Assembly (NCBI GenBank): GCA_013265495.1
Contig: MU058000.1
Span: 2,542,001-2,606,000 of the forward strand
DNA: 64,000 nt
Direction: 5' to 3'
Source: Vicugna vicugna
Lineage: Eukaryota
Shown: positions 38,820-52,170 of the stretch, piece after piece
Layout of the letters: every line of letters begins with the position of its first letter
Numbering within the stretch: the stretch's first letter is position 1
Notes under the pieces: model-generated
What the model saw: the letters and a program-made list of their open reading frames with translations, nothing else
What the model was told of the DNA's origin: nothing
Databases searched by the model: none
Translations under genes and position numbers: made by a program

Positions 38820-41747
38820 TACAACTATTATGCTTAACATGAAACACCATCATCTTTAATTTTTAAATCAAGAATCAAACAATTATGCAGCAGTCATCAC
38901 TTATATTAAATACTGCCCTAGCCAGTTGAATAAATTATAAAATGAAATATTATTATTAATAAAAGACTGATCACTCTAATAGTAAAATCTTAATTATCAT
39001 TTGATTTTAAAAGACTAATTTCTTTTCCCTTTGTTAGTATTATTATACAAGAAGACAATTTAAAAATCCTGAAGTGAACTAATTGTATTATAAAGTGCTG
39101 ACTCATATTTTTGAATATAAAACCAATTATATTTTATTGTAGTAAACAAAAAGGAATTAATAGTAAAAACAACTATTCTTTAATTATATAATCTCTCTTT
39201 TTCCCCCACACAGAAGCTGAGCCCAAACCAAAATTCTCCATTAATTACTTAATGGTTAGCAATTGGCGTGTTAGATGTTTCTCACATAAATTTTTAAACT
39301 TTATGATTTTTTTTTATACTATATACAATGCTACGTAAAGTCAGTTAATTTTAGGGCAAAATGTAATTAATCCTCAAAAAATGTTTATAATATTAAAAAA
39401 TTACAATTGTAATTAAAGGAATACATTTATTTATGAAGTTTCTATTTGACTTTTATGGTATCATGAGGAGGTAAAGAACCTCCAACTTTAATTTTGTATT
39501 ATCTTCTAAATGGAGAAAATGTACGTTCCCTGTGTTTTCTACATGTGCTTTGTCTATGTTTACATCTGTTTATGTTTTTATAATATTTTAAAATGATTTT
39601 CCTCAGTCAGGAATATTCTACTAAACTATCTTCTAGTTCATTAACCCTCCCTCTTGCTGTGTCTAAAATTATTCTAAATCCAACTATTTAATATTTATTT
39701 TTTTCAGTTCTAGAACATCATTTCATTCTCTTTTATTGACTCAATTCCACTAGTATGTCTGTTTAAAAAAAATTAGTCTCTTTATTTTCAAAACATATTA
39801 ATCATGTTTTTAACTCCTGGTTATGCAACTCTGATATCTGAATCACCTAGGCATATTATTTTCTTGCTTTTCCATTTGTCTTACTGTTAGGCTGTACGCT
39901 TGCCGAGGTTCAAGTGACATCTGGGTTGCTGATGGAGTTCTTTTTCTTGACATCTCTAAACTCCTTAAAAAAAAGGTCTAGAATTATGAAACTGTGGAAT
40001 TCTCCACATAGTTGTTTCTCCTTTTGCCTTCTATTTCTTGCTTCTTTTCCAGATTCCCTGCCCTTTCATCCTGCTACAGCTTGGGGATTAGTAAATGATT
40101 CCAGAGGAAAAGCAGCATCGAATTTTGGGCATGTCTGCAGTTATTCTTTCTCTTGGATCTTGTTCTGTCAAAACCTTCCTTCCTTGGCATCTCCAAAACT
40201 TAGATTTTTCCCCCATACCCATTAGCTTTCTGTCTGGTCTCTTGCCTCATAGAGCTTACTGTTATCAATCAGTACCATGTGGGTAAAAGAATCAAGAATA
40301 TTGGCCTCACATTACTGTATTTCCTTTGCTCAAGGATCTTGGCCATCTGAGTTACTCATTGATGCCTTCATTGTTGTCTTTGTTTTTGGTGGTGGTGGTA
40401 CCTTACACAATGTGGTGCACCTTCTATAATGGTTCTCATGGTAGGATTGATCTGAAACAAGTTAAGCCATCAGGTCAGAAAGGAAAATCCCTCACCATTC
40501 ACTGGACTTTGATAAGCTTGCAACCGAATTGGAAGGAGTAGAATCAGGGCCATGGAATGTTTTAGTCATCCAGCTGTGGGTACTCAGTGTTTTACTATAG
40601 TGTTTATTCCTCAGGGTTTTAAAAGAGATAAATTGTTGAGAGTATATTTAAAAAAAAGAGAGTTTAGATAAAGAGAGTGAGTATGTATTCATGAGAGAAA
40701 AATATATCTTGCCCTTCGGTCAGGTATGTTAGAGGTCAGAGAGTGAGAAAAATTAAACTTGATATGAGGGTGTTATGCCTGTATTTTTTAAATAAAGCAT
40801 TAATTTAAAGATTTTAAAGAGTAATTTATTCAACAATTGAAAAATGTGATTAGGTATTGAATAATGGATTGTCAGGTTAACCTTATAGACGACAACTGTT
40901 TCTTGATTTTAGCAAAAGTGTAGAAAATAGAAAAATTCCTGAATATTTCAGTAATTTAAAAGTGAATCATTTTATTGTTTATGATTTAGTGTGCAGGCTG
41001 AAGAAATATTTAAGTAAAACATTAAGAATTTAATTTGATAATGAGTTTTATGATATTTTTCACTCATGGTTTAATGATAATGAAGATGAAATCATGGTAG
41101 GATTTAATACTTTCAGATTTTCTCTTGTAAAACTAACTTTTTATTTCACATATAACTTTGAATCAGGAAAAATAATCTACACATAGAGTTGTTGGGAGCT
41201 TCTTAGTAATTAAGCATCCTCAATGACAAAGAAATGCTTCTCTGTAAAGACACGTTAAAGAATCTTATTTCACTCCATTCAGTATGAATAAAAAGTTTTT
41301 TGAAAATAGCAACTATTATCATAATCATACTTTATAAATTTTTGATTGGATATTTGATTTATATTAATTGTAATGAATTTTTGGATAGAGGCTCATTGAT
41401 AACCTGAAAAATTTAAATAATTTATTATTGTGATTATATAAATAGTTCTTTGTTGCTTCATTAAATCACAACATCCTTCCTAGCTCAAAAGGGAATTCAG
41501 ACTCTGGTCTGTCAGTATTTCCTGTTGTTCTGGATTTGGGAGATAGATATGGTATATAAAATGGGATTTCTTTTTTTTTTTCCCCAAGCAGTGATACATT
41601 AAGGTATTATATCAAACCATTTTTCTGTTTAAAGGTTTATGGGTTGAGAAATGGGGTGGTTTACTAATCACTCATTAATAAGCCTAGGGTGGAGAGAGCT
41701 GGTAGAACGCTTGTATATCATGAAATGAAATGCAAGGACTTGAGCTA

Positions 41748-41825
41748 TACATACAATTATCAAATTATGTTGTACACCTGAAACTAATATAATGTTACAT
41801 GTAAATTATATATTAATTAAAAAAA
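41748..41825 (+). mobile_element. Short L1MA-type 3' end
   Basis: atcaaattatgttgtacacctgaaactaatataatgttacatgtaaattatat...aaaaaaa. Confidence 0.7.
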
Positions 41826-42254
41826 TTGTGCTAGTTTAGTGCAGTCTTTCCAATGTTTTGGCTTATGTGTGCATGTGCTATGAAATATGAATTGTGTAAT
41901 TTCAGTAATTCTGCCTACAACTTAAAGGTTCTTATATTTGCATTTATATCAGGCATTGGCAATATTAAAATAAATAGTAAAATATGTGCTATTAAGTTTT
42001 TTTTACTTATTTTTTAATTGAGAATGACATTAAATAGCAAATTTAAAACACCATGCCAAGGTGAGCGAGGGAGAGAGATCATGGAAGAAATGATAATGCA
42101 TTATATTCTGGCACTTTTAATGACACAATTTTGACAGCTGTTTGAACAGAGGCCACTTTCTCTTTGCACCAGGCCTCACAAATGATGTCTTCCACCCTGG
42201 TTAGAGTGCGCGTATGATCAATCCCGTTGCGCACAGTCTCTCCATGTCAGTTAC

Positions 42255-42305
42255 CTGGCTGTCCCTTGTCTGCTGTGTCTCTCCTGTCTCTGCTGTTGCA
42301 GACAT
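42255..42305 (-). other. Candidate first coding exon (17 codons, MSATAETGETQQTRDSQ) of an unidentified minus-strand gene
   Basis: ATG with A at -3, 51 nt open, ending in a phase-0 CAG|GTAACT donor. Lies in apparently unique sequence. The peptide is not recognised. Confidence 0.25.
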
Positions 42306-43149
42306 AATTAGTTTATGCAGAAATGACTTGCAACAGTGTAGGCTTTTTCTCTGGACTTCTACGGTACTATGTGAAGCTGAGTGGGCTTGGAAGTTAATTT
42401 TTCAATGAAATAAATATAACTGGACAATAAATGTTTGAGGTTTGTTGATCAAACAGTATCTTGACTTGAAGAAATGAATATTTTAATAGATGATGGAGAG
42501 ACAGATCTGTCCCTGGGAGAAGCTGGCATTTCAACCCTTCTTACTATTCCTTTCCGGCAGGAAGAGAAGAGCTTAGTTTTAAGAGTGCAGGATGGGTCAC
42601 AGGGACTGTTGGGACACTGATTGCTTCCTTTTCTTATTAGGCTTGGCTCCATGTAATGGCTGCAATCCTCAATTTCTACTTTTTTAAATGATGATAATAA
42701 TTCTGCCTCGTAGCATTGTTCCTTGTGAATGAGAAGATTTACATCAAGTGTCTGGATTGGAGAAGGTAATCTGTATATACATGTACTTATTGTTAGAATG
42801 TTAGGTCTTGTGTAGACATGAACACTGTTCACCCAGACACAAACACACTCACACTGTAACACTCTTGCCTGTTCTTCCCATTCAGACCAAAGTCCTGATT
42901 TCTCTCTCCTAATTTTTTTTTCCTCTGATGTGAATTGTAACCAGATTTTCCAGTGAAAATATATATGAATAATTTTACAAGAAGGGAAAACTTACTAGCC
43001 AAAAAAAAAAAAAAGCAAATTGAGTTGATTTGTAACATTTGAGGAAAAATGTATTGGGCTTCTTTCAAATTACCTTGGAAACAGCACAAACTTTTATTAG
43101 TAAGTCAGCCTTTTGAGAGAACCAACTAAAAACCTAAGAAAATACCTTA

Positions 43150-43820
43150 AATATTCTATTAAAATAGCACTTCTCATTCCTAACATTGTAATGCAATAGC
43201 TATTTCAACTATTCAGAAAGTTGATCATCAGAAATTAAGCCGACAAATAATTAAACTTTAAATATAGAAGTGACTAATGAGAAAATTATTTCTCCATACA
43301 ATACAGATCAATAGATTTTCAAAAAAACTCCTGGTATACGCAGCACACCTGAAATATTGATTTTTAAAAAAGAATTTACAAGTGTATAAAAAGAAGTTTG
43401 AATGCTCCCCAGCTTACCTTATGAGGTTAGTTACGACTTGAGAATAAAATAAGATGCATATATATTCTCCAGTAAAAAGTTAATAGAATGGACTATAAAG
43501 AGAAATGATATCAAGCAATGTATAAGCAAAATAAAATATCATGGCCAAGTAGGTTTATTTCCACAATGAAGGTTGTTTCAACATCAGAAAAATAAATTAA
43601 TGAATTTCAATACTTAAACAAAATAAAGAAGAAAATAAGAATCTCAAAAAATTTAAGATAAGACATTTGGCACAATTTTAAAGACATATGTGAAATAAAA
43701 TCTCATGGTGTATTGGGAATAGAAAGGGTTTTCTTAACTTGAAAAAACTTAAGTAAAAACATCATGTTCAATACTGGAATTGCATGATCATTATGTTTAA
43801 ATCAAGAAACAATATACAGA
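43150..43820 (+). mobile_element. Highly decayed L1M ORF2 fragment
   Basis: ctccccagcttaccttatgaggttag, atcatggccaagtaggtttatttcc...aaggttgtttcaacatcagaaaa, ggaatagaaaggg. Confidence 0.65.
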
Positions 43821-44221
43821 TGATATAAACAATTGGAACAACAAATGCAGTTTTAAATAAATATAACCAGGTAAATAGATTTGTCCTACTTAATTTCAAC
43901 ACATATACCCTTCAGTGGACTTTTTCTTTCTCTGTGTGGTATGTTTTCTTTTCTCCACATCATCTATTTAATTATTATAATCACTGCAAAAATCTGATCA
44001 GACACAGGGATGGCTATCTGATGCTTCATTGGCATTGGAGCTGGTGAATCTTTCTATTTGGCAGATCAGTCTCACAGCATTGCATCAGAATAATATTTTA
44101 TTGATTAATGATGTATCCTAGTGTTAAGAAAAAACAATGTTTTGAAAGAAGAAATTTGAAATATTAAAGCAACTGAAATTCAATTTTCCTAAATCTGAGG
44201 AGTTTGTAAACTCTGTTTAAA

Positions 44222-44230
44222 ATATATATA

Positions 44231-44266
<36 letters not shown>

Positions 44267-44297
44267 TATCTATTAATTCATATATATATATATATAT
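44222..44297. repeat. Compound (TA)n(CA)n(TA)n microsatellite
   Basis: Seen directly. Confidence 0.9.
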
Positions 44298-45849
44298 GAA
44301 TCCCTAATCTGACAGGCTCTCATTTGAGGAATAGTTGTCGGTGAAAATTAAATGCAGAACAATGCAATCCAGCTATATCACTGATTCCAACAGTCAATGG
44401 AGAGCTCAGAGAAGAGCAGAAGGGAATCATCAACATATAACTGATCCTTGGAGATTTCTTCATTCTCCCCTTTCCATTCACTTTTTGAAGACTTACAGTA
44501 AATTTAAGATATAGTCACTGGGGCCCACATCATTAACATTTAATTATACCTGAAGCAAATTAATAGAAATCATAGATCATAATACAGACCAAACCATTTG
44601 ATAATGCTGGAAGGAAAAACTAAAAAGGTAATTGCGTTATTAGAAGTAATATGTTTTAGACTTATGATGAATTTGACAGTTGGGCTGGACAAGAGAATAG
44701 TTTGAACTCAAATTTTATATCTGGATGGAATTTTCCTCATTTAAAATTATTATTAACTTATGGTCCAAATAAAATGAACAGAAACCTATCACAGATCTTT
44801 TCTCAGAGCTGGTGTACAGTAGACGTTTTTTGAAATGACACTTTGTTGTTCCTTCAATAAGTAACTCTTTTACATTATCAACAAAGTATAACAGGTGTTT
44901 AAAAATATCCAAATAGACAAAAGACTGCTGGAAAAGAACAACTACAGTTGCCTATTCTTCCCTTTTCTGCTAAATCCTTAGTGGGAGATTTACACTTGGG
45001 CTGGGATGTGTGCAGGAGTGGGAGGGGATTCCTTTTTCTGGTAGCCATGTAATTCTGCTATTGCAAATGAAAGCCAACTTGGGGCCAATACTGTTCACTA
45101 GCAGATAAACATAATTATCATATCTCCTGTGTTACAAATTGCTGGGGTTTCTCAACAAAAGGTATTTGAAACGTAAACACAAGAGAACCTTGTCTTCTCC
45201 TAGTGACACAAAAAGGAAATTGATAGCAATGTCATTAAGCATGATGGATGCTAACTCACCCTAAGAACTGTCTTGGTGTATAAATTTAAGAACCATGAAG
45301 GCAGAAATGGTGACTATTCATTTGGAAATCAGAGGATGCATGCATATCTCCACAATACTACTGTTTGTTGCCAATGATTAATGCTAAAAAAGATTGTTTA
45401 TTGGCAGGTATCTCAAGAAATAAGGCTGATAAACTGGCAAGATCATCAGATTGTAACAAAAAACTCCCTTGACTCTTCTGAAAGTCTTGTCTTCTTATTT
45501 TACATAAACCAACATTTATATTTCCTAATTAATTTCTCTGAAATCTCAACTGAGCCCCATTCACTTCCTTGCTTTGTGTTATTGAGTAATTAAATGTATT
45601 TGTGTTATTTCACCTTAGATGATTTATATTTAATCCCTCTTCCCTAAAATATGAAAGTTAGGAAGGCCATCCAGATGGGCTTATTGATCCAAAACTAGGA
45701 TGTTAGTAACTAAGTGACTTGCCTAAAACCAAACTATCAAATCTGATTCCTATACGGGAATTTTATAATGCTGTGGCCTAGCTCTTTTTATTTTCGCTTA
45801 TGACGTCTTTTATTTCACCCAGTTAGCTCATAAACAGCAATGAAAATAG

Positions 45850-46345
45850 CTAAAGGTCTGAGCTCCTCAATTGCTCCTCATGTCCCAGTGTGGGTCTAGT
45901 TCCTGGCACATAATGGGATTTCATTCATATATTCATTTATTCAACAAAATATTATAAAGCACCTCTTATGGTTTATGGATTGAATAAATACTAAGAGTGA
46001 AAAAAATGTATTTCCATCTACACTAGCTCTGAAAGCTTTCATCCAGTTCCATAATTTTAGATCCAGTTTATATATCAATTGCTCCCAAATGTCTACCTTC
46101 AGCCCTGACTTCTTCACTGACCTCAGACTCATCTATTCAATTGTCTACTTATATAGCCACATCCATATGGTTTTCCAGTAAAGATGTCAAATTTTACACT
46201 TGATTTCTCTTGCCCCCAAACTTACTCTCCCTGTTGTCTCCATCTCAGTAAATCTATCCAGTTATTCAAGTGAAGATCAAAAGGACAACTTTGAGCCCTC
46301 TCCAATCCACAGCCTCCATATATGACCCATAAGCAAGTCCTGAAA
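45850..46345. mobile_element. L2 fragments
   Basis: gtctagttcctggcacataa; attcatttattcaacaaa; ctcccaaatgtctaccttcagccctgacttct...ctccatctcagtaaat...tatccagttattcaag. Confidence 0.6.
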
Positions 46346-46374
46346 GTTTTGTATTTAGTAGGAAAGTGTGTGCA

Positions 46375-46555
46375 GTCTGTAGTCAGGCTGACGCAGTTGA
46401 AATCTCTGTTTCACCATTGTTAGCGACATTTGATCAGTTAATTAACTTTCTTATATCTCACTTTTTCCATCTAAAATGAAATTTACAGTAATGTCTTCAT
46501 CTAATTGTTGTAAGAACTGAATGGAATAATACATGATACTGGATGATTGTAAATG
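46375..46555 (+). mobile_element. MIR SINE
   Basis: agtcaggctga...gttgaaatctctgtttcacca...ttaactttc...tctcactttttccatctaaaatg...ttgttgtaagaactgaatg. Confidence 0.6.
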
Positions 46556-49500
46556 CTGATGATCATACATGAGTTCACATTTGTGAATTCATGACTTTCA
46601 TATTGTCCTCTGCTCACTCCTCAGCCACCTTTGTACTTCTGAGACGTATTACATAGTTTTTGCAATTGGAAATAATTGGCGTGGGGGGAGGCTTGGGTAG
46701 ATAAATGCACACATGCAAGCAGAGTAAGAAACGGTCGTGAGCTGTATAGAAATACCACTTATCACTAATGGAACATAAGAATGTCATTCCCTGGGTGGCA
46801 ATGTAGCTGCTAAAATTGCTCTGGGGACGTAGAACCAACTGTAATTTCCTCTGACCTCCAGGGTGGTCCAAATTTCCCTGGTTGAAATAATCCATTGCAA
46901 ATGACTGATTATGGAATCAAAAAGAAATAACCTATTTTGCAGTTACTATTTCTCTTCAGTGGGATAAACTGATCAATCATAAATGTACATATTTCAGTAA
47001 CTTACATGAAAGTGGCATGTGGATTTCAGTGTTAATTGTAGGTATTCTTATTAACGTCCAACTTCTTTCTTATTTAGAAAGATTACAAAGACATGAAGAT
47101 ATTAAGGAAACTATAATAATTTCTACAAAAAGAAGTAAATTTTATATTTTAGTTTCAGTCCAGCTTTCTGTTACAAGTTTCACTGTTTTCTACCCTCTTT
47201 TTACTCCTGGGTGAAAATCAACTTATGCCCTTGGGAAAATACGTGTATTATTGCCTCAGTATTTATTACACAGTATTTAATCTAACATCATCTTACATCC
47301 CATTAATTTCTAATTGATTTCTGGTCCAGATGTTTGTTGAACTTTGCTTGTTTCTTCCCAAGCAAATAAGCTTTCTACCTTGACTTTGAATTCTCAGGTG
47401 GGTCTATATCCAGGAAGATTAATGTGTCAACAATGAGGAAACATGCCTGCCTAAGGGAGATGTTTTACATTCACATTTATGGTTTCACTTTGTCAAAGAT
47501 AGGATTGGACTGATAACCAAATAAGACCATGACTCTGGTCTTTTTTTTTTTTTTTTCCTGATGGTAGAGATTTAAGTACCAAACGGCCAAGACAAGTAAG
47601 CGAAGCAGCTAACGATAGGGCATCCTGCCCTGTTATCCTTCTCTGTGTGTAGTATTCTTTCAGCAAATCACTGATGACTTGGACAAGAAGTGTGGCAGGC
47701 AGAGGCGGCATATTTTAAATATAAGAAAGTATCTGACTACTCTAATAAAATTATATTTATTTGCTCTAATAAAGATTACATTCATGACTTCAACAAAACC
47801 ACTGAAATTTTCTATAGTATTATGCCAAATACATTTTTTGTAAATAAATTGGAAAGAACAGAAACTGGCATTTCAAATGGATAGGTTATGAAGACAAATT
47901 TTGGTTTTTTAAGCAAAGTTTAAAAGAGTAATTACTTTTGGAGGAAAAACAACTGTACTTCTACTTGCTTACGCATTTCTTGTAGGCTCTGTCTAATTCA
48001 TCTGTGCTCAGTTCACCTTTTAATGCAATTTAAAGTCCTAAGAGTTTAGTTATGACTAGAGATAGAATGACAAAACCCCACCTAGTTGAAAATAATTTCA
48101 ACCGATACTTAGTCTTATCAGAAACAGTTATCAATTCTAATCTTCAGTAAGTATGTTCTAATGTGTTGCTTAAGAGCAGTTTGGCTTGAACTAGAGTAAA
48201 TGATGCCTGCATTATAGACAACTTTCTTCCAAAGAGATTTGCCACCAGATTTGATTTAAATGATCTTGCTACCAAATAGGCACATTTAATCTTATTAATA
48301 ACTCAGTATAGACAAATGAATTTCCTTTTGATCTTCCATTTGATAGAAAAATTATTTTAAAAGAGGTTTTGAAAAAATATATACTCTACAAAATAAGTAG
48401 ATGACATTTGCACAGTATGTGAAACTGTCAAGAAATCAAATCCTTTAGTGTTTTCTTGTTTCCATGTTTCTTCGTTGGAGGGTGGTTTTTACTAGGAAGG
48501 TATCTCCATTTGAGCAGTTACCTCCTTGAGAGAATCTAAAAGTCCATACATTATGGGAGTGAAAGGTGCACAAAAGCAAGAGATATTTGCTCAGCTCAGG
48601 TGATGAGAGACTACTTGATACATCATCAAGGAAGAGCAGGGTTGTTATTTCCAGTCCAAACACAGAGGCAGGCAAGACTCTATGATCTCCACTGAGATTG
48701 ACCTATGAGACAAAGCGTCTATCCTTTGAATCATGTCACGAGGCAGCTTTGTTTGACTGAACCCTTTGTACTATTGGTCACTAATTAGAGAACTTATGAG
48801 AAAGAGAACTTAGAATTTTCCTGGGATTGTCTTTTTTTAAATAATCCCAGCAAAGGATATGAACCTTGGGTCTACGGTTCCTTCTTGGTATACCATCTCT
48901 TTTAAAAGTAAACTGAATTTTGCTGTCCTGTTTCTAAAGTTAGCTGTAGTTTATTTACTAAGAGATGGCAAGAGAGAGCCTAAGCCTAATATTTTTTCCC
49001 TGCCTGTAGCTGGGTTTTGTGGAAGCATCTCTCATGTTATCCATGATAACCTGTCAGTGTCATGTGCATTGGCATCATATTACACTATTTGGCCCTGAGT
49101 GATATCTGTCTACTTTATTATCTAGTAAGCAGACAAACAAATTGCAGGGAGGAATATTCTCAGTTGGATGTATTTAGGTTTTTTAAACATGATTTTTGAC
49201 ACATCTTTGGTAATGATTCACAAAGAGTTTTTCACTTAGATTTTTTTTTCCCCCTCATCATATACAATTAAGAGACTCAAAACCTCAAAACTTTTCAGTC
49301 CTTAGTCATTTCAGGTAAGCAGCTGGGTCCTGCAATTTCTTTGTCAAAATGTGAATTTTTTAAATTGCTGACAAACATACAAATAAAACACTTGTTTGGT
49401 ATTCAATTTGAGTTGTACCACACTGATTTGCAGTTAAGGCAAAAGAGAAGGCAAATTATAGTGCATTCTCTACTACGTTTATCCAATTTTTCAAAATTAA

Positions 49501-49602
49501 GAACATTTCCATCTGTGTCTATTAGAGAATTTGCTTTAAAAATGTGATACTATACAGTGATTATTTCTCAAGGGTATTAGCGACAGATTTAAAATAATGC
49601 AA

Positions 49603-49746
49603 GAGGGGAGGGTATAGTTCATTGCCAGAGTGCCTGCTTAGCATGCATGGGGTCCTGAGTTCAATCCCCAGTACTTCCAATAAGAAATAAATAAATTAAA
49701 TAAACCTAATTACTTCCCTGCCACCAAAAAAAAAAAAACACAAAAA
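49603..49746 (+). mobile_element. Camelid tRNA-derived SINE (vic-1-like) with 13-bp TSD
   Basis: ggggagggtatagttcattgccagagtgcctgcttagcatgcatggggtcctgagttcaatccccagtacttcc...aaataaacctaattacttccc, then an A-tail. TSD taaaataatgcaa at 49590-49602 and 49747-49759. Confidence 0.9.
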
Positions 49747-50789
49747 TAAAATAATGCAATTATTGAACTGACTTTTCCTCGAAGAGTATTCCACAGTGAG
49801 TAACAATGCTGTACGAACTATAAGCCTGAAACAGATAAACATTCATCATTACCATCTGTACTAAATTTATATTTCATATTTCAAGTGAGGAAGGTGTGTC
49901 AGCAAAGAATATTAAACAATATAGTCATCCTTTCATATTCCAACACTTTCAGCACAATGGTTAAAAAAGTCATTTCCTCATTAGAATATTGTATCATGCC
50001 AATATTGACTTTTCATCCTATCCTGATGGAAATTCAGCTGTAACTGGACTTCAGTGAAGGTGTGGTAGGAGCAGGGAGGCATCATGAGAAGGGTGGTTCA
50101 AATTGATCTTCAGAGGACATGAAGGTGAGCAGATCACAACAGCAAAAACATAATAAAGATTCCAGAATACTTGCCCAAGGGGAATTGTGTTAAATAAACG
50201 ATCATAACTATACATTGTTGGTTGTGTGCTTGTGCTTGCTAGTCAACAACACACAGGAGAGACTTTCAAGGGTGTTCCTGAAGCTTGTGCAAACTTCCCA
50301 ATGGGATGAGAGCCCCTCGAAATGCCAGGGTGCTGATTTCCTTTACCATTTGTTTCTGTCAAATAAATCACATTGCAAGACATCTTTAAATTCTGTTTTT
50401 ATCCTGTGACACTGGGATTGACCAGTACAAGTCAAGGGAATTCAAATAACACAAAATTCAAAATGTATTTCTATGATTCAAGGCATTAAAAAAGCGCACA
50501 CATGTGACTTTGGCAGTCTCCACCGATTCCCTTTCTCCTTCGTGCTATTGTTATATTATCGGAAACAAAAGAACCGTAGCTGTGAACACAGGATCTGAAA
50601 GAAATGCCTTCCCAGAGTTATGATCCAATATCTAATTTTCTATTAGTATAGTACATATAAAAATAATCCAATTAAAGAGAGATGTTTTGGTTCACTAAAT
50701 TTTCCACTATGTGACTCATTTTTCTAAAGCAAAACTAATGAATATAGGTTAAATTATTTTCAGTAAATTATAAAATATGTACACTCCTA

Positions 50790-50920
50790 ATTAAATATTA
50801 AATATCATATTACTTATAAGATATTACTTATGCTTATAATGTATTACTTATTAATACTTATAATTACTTATTAATATTATAAACATTAATAAGTAACAAT
50901 TTATAGATAATATTATAAAG
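50790..50920. repeat. AT-rich low-complexity tract with tattactta(t) units
   Basis: Repeated tattacttat/attactta units seen directly. Confidence 0.6.
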
Positions 50921-51825
50921 TAGTTGCACATGAATGTTTGGTACTTGCCATCAACAAAATGCTATTCAACCTAATTATCACTCCATTTGAGAATAAAATG
51001 TATTTTCTGATTTGTGTATGTCTTAACCCAAGGGACCCAAATGTTTCTTTTTCTGCTTCCTTTACATGGTCTGGTGTTGCTTTAAATATCATAACTTATG
51101 TGTGTGTTTTTTTAAAATTTTTATCCCAATTCTTAGATTTTTTTTGAAACAAGAGCCTGCAGACATGTATAATACTTGCATATTTAATGATGCACATATA
51201 TTGAACATAATTTACATCGATTTTAGTGGCTCTCCTGAGGAACAGAGCAATGCATGGAGGAAGTAGAATTCAGTTCAGCTGAACAAACACTGAGATAATG
51301 CCTCCATTGCAATTTTCCCCTCTGCTAGGGGCTATGGAATTCAGGGTCACTACTTGGAGAAGCCAAGAGTGCAGTGGAAGACACACACAGAGTCTTCAGG
51401 AATTGTGCTAGAAATACTCAAAGCATATCACCTTAAAGGTGATCATCTAAAGAGAATCACCTAAAATAGAAGCTTGGGTGAAGGAGCCAGAGACAAATGG
51501 ATTGAGATTTAAAAAAAAAAAAACACTGTGTATTAGCTAAATGAAGAATAAGGGTCAATGAGCATTACTAACAGAAGAAACACCACAGATAAGATAAAGG
51601 CCCCAAGAGTTTATGATACATGAGGTCAAAGCGATTTGCTATTGATGGGCCATAAAGAGAGGAAAAGAAAGTAGAAGGCTATGAGAATGGAATGATGAGT
51701 CTTTTTTTTACCATTTTTGTAACATGGAATATACATAACCATACTTCATAGAGAAAAAATGGAACAAAAAAAAATGATTGATGCAGGCAGAAACTGAGTA
51801 CAGAAAAGGGGCCATTTAAAAAAAA

Positions 51826-52170
51826 ACACTTTTGAGACAAAATTGAATATAATAAATTGTACATGTTTAAATTCTGCAATTTGATAAGTTTTGACATATG
51901 TGTAGTTCATGAAACTATCACTAAAATCAAGATAATGATGGTAACCATCACCCAAAGCTTTATGTGTCCCTGTGTCACCCTTCTCCTCCTGCTGCTGGTA
52001 CCACCCACTCCTTTTCCCCAGGCGATTACTGATCTCCTTTTGTCACCACAGATTAGTCTGCATGGCATCACACAGTATGTACCCTTCTCTTGTATAACTT
52101 TTCACTCAGCAGAATTATCATATAGTTCTAAAATTTGTTTATCTTTTCACCTTCTAATGGCATTTTCTCT
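51826..52170 (-). mobile_element. L1MB/ME-type 3' end
   Basis: ttttgagacaaaattgaatataataaattgtacatgtttaaa...tttgataagttttgacatatgtgta...catgaaactatcactaaaatcaagata...ccatcacccaaag...ccccaggcgattactgatct. Confidence 0.8.

Noticed and set aside
42449..42862. 137-aa minus-strand ORF
   Set aside because: Non-ATG start within a GT-rich stretch and no recognisable domain.
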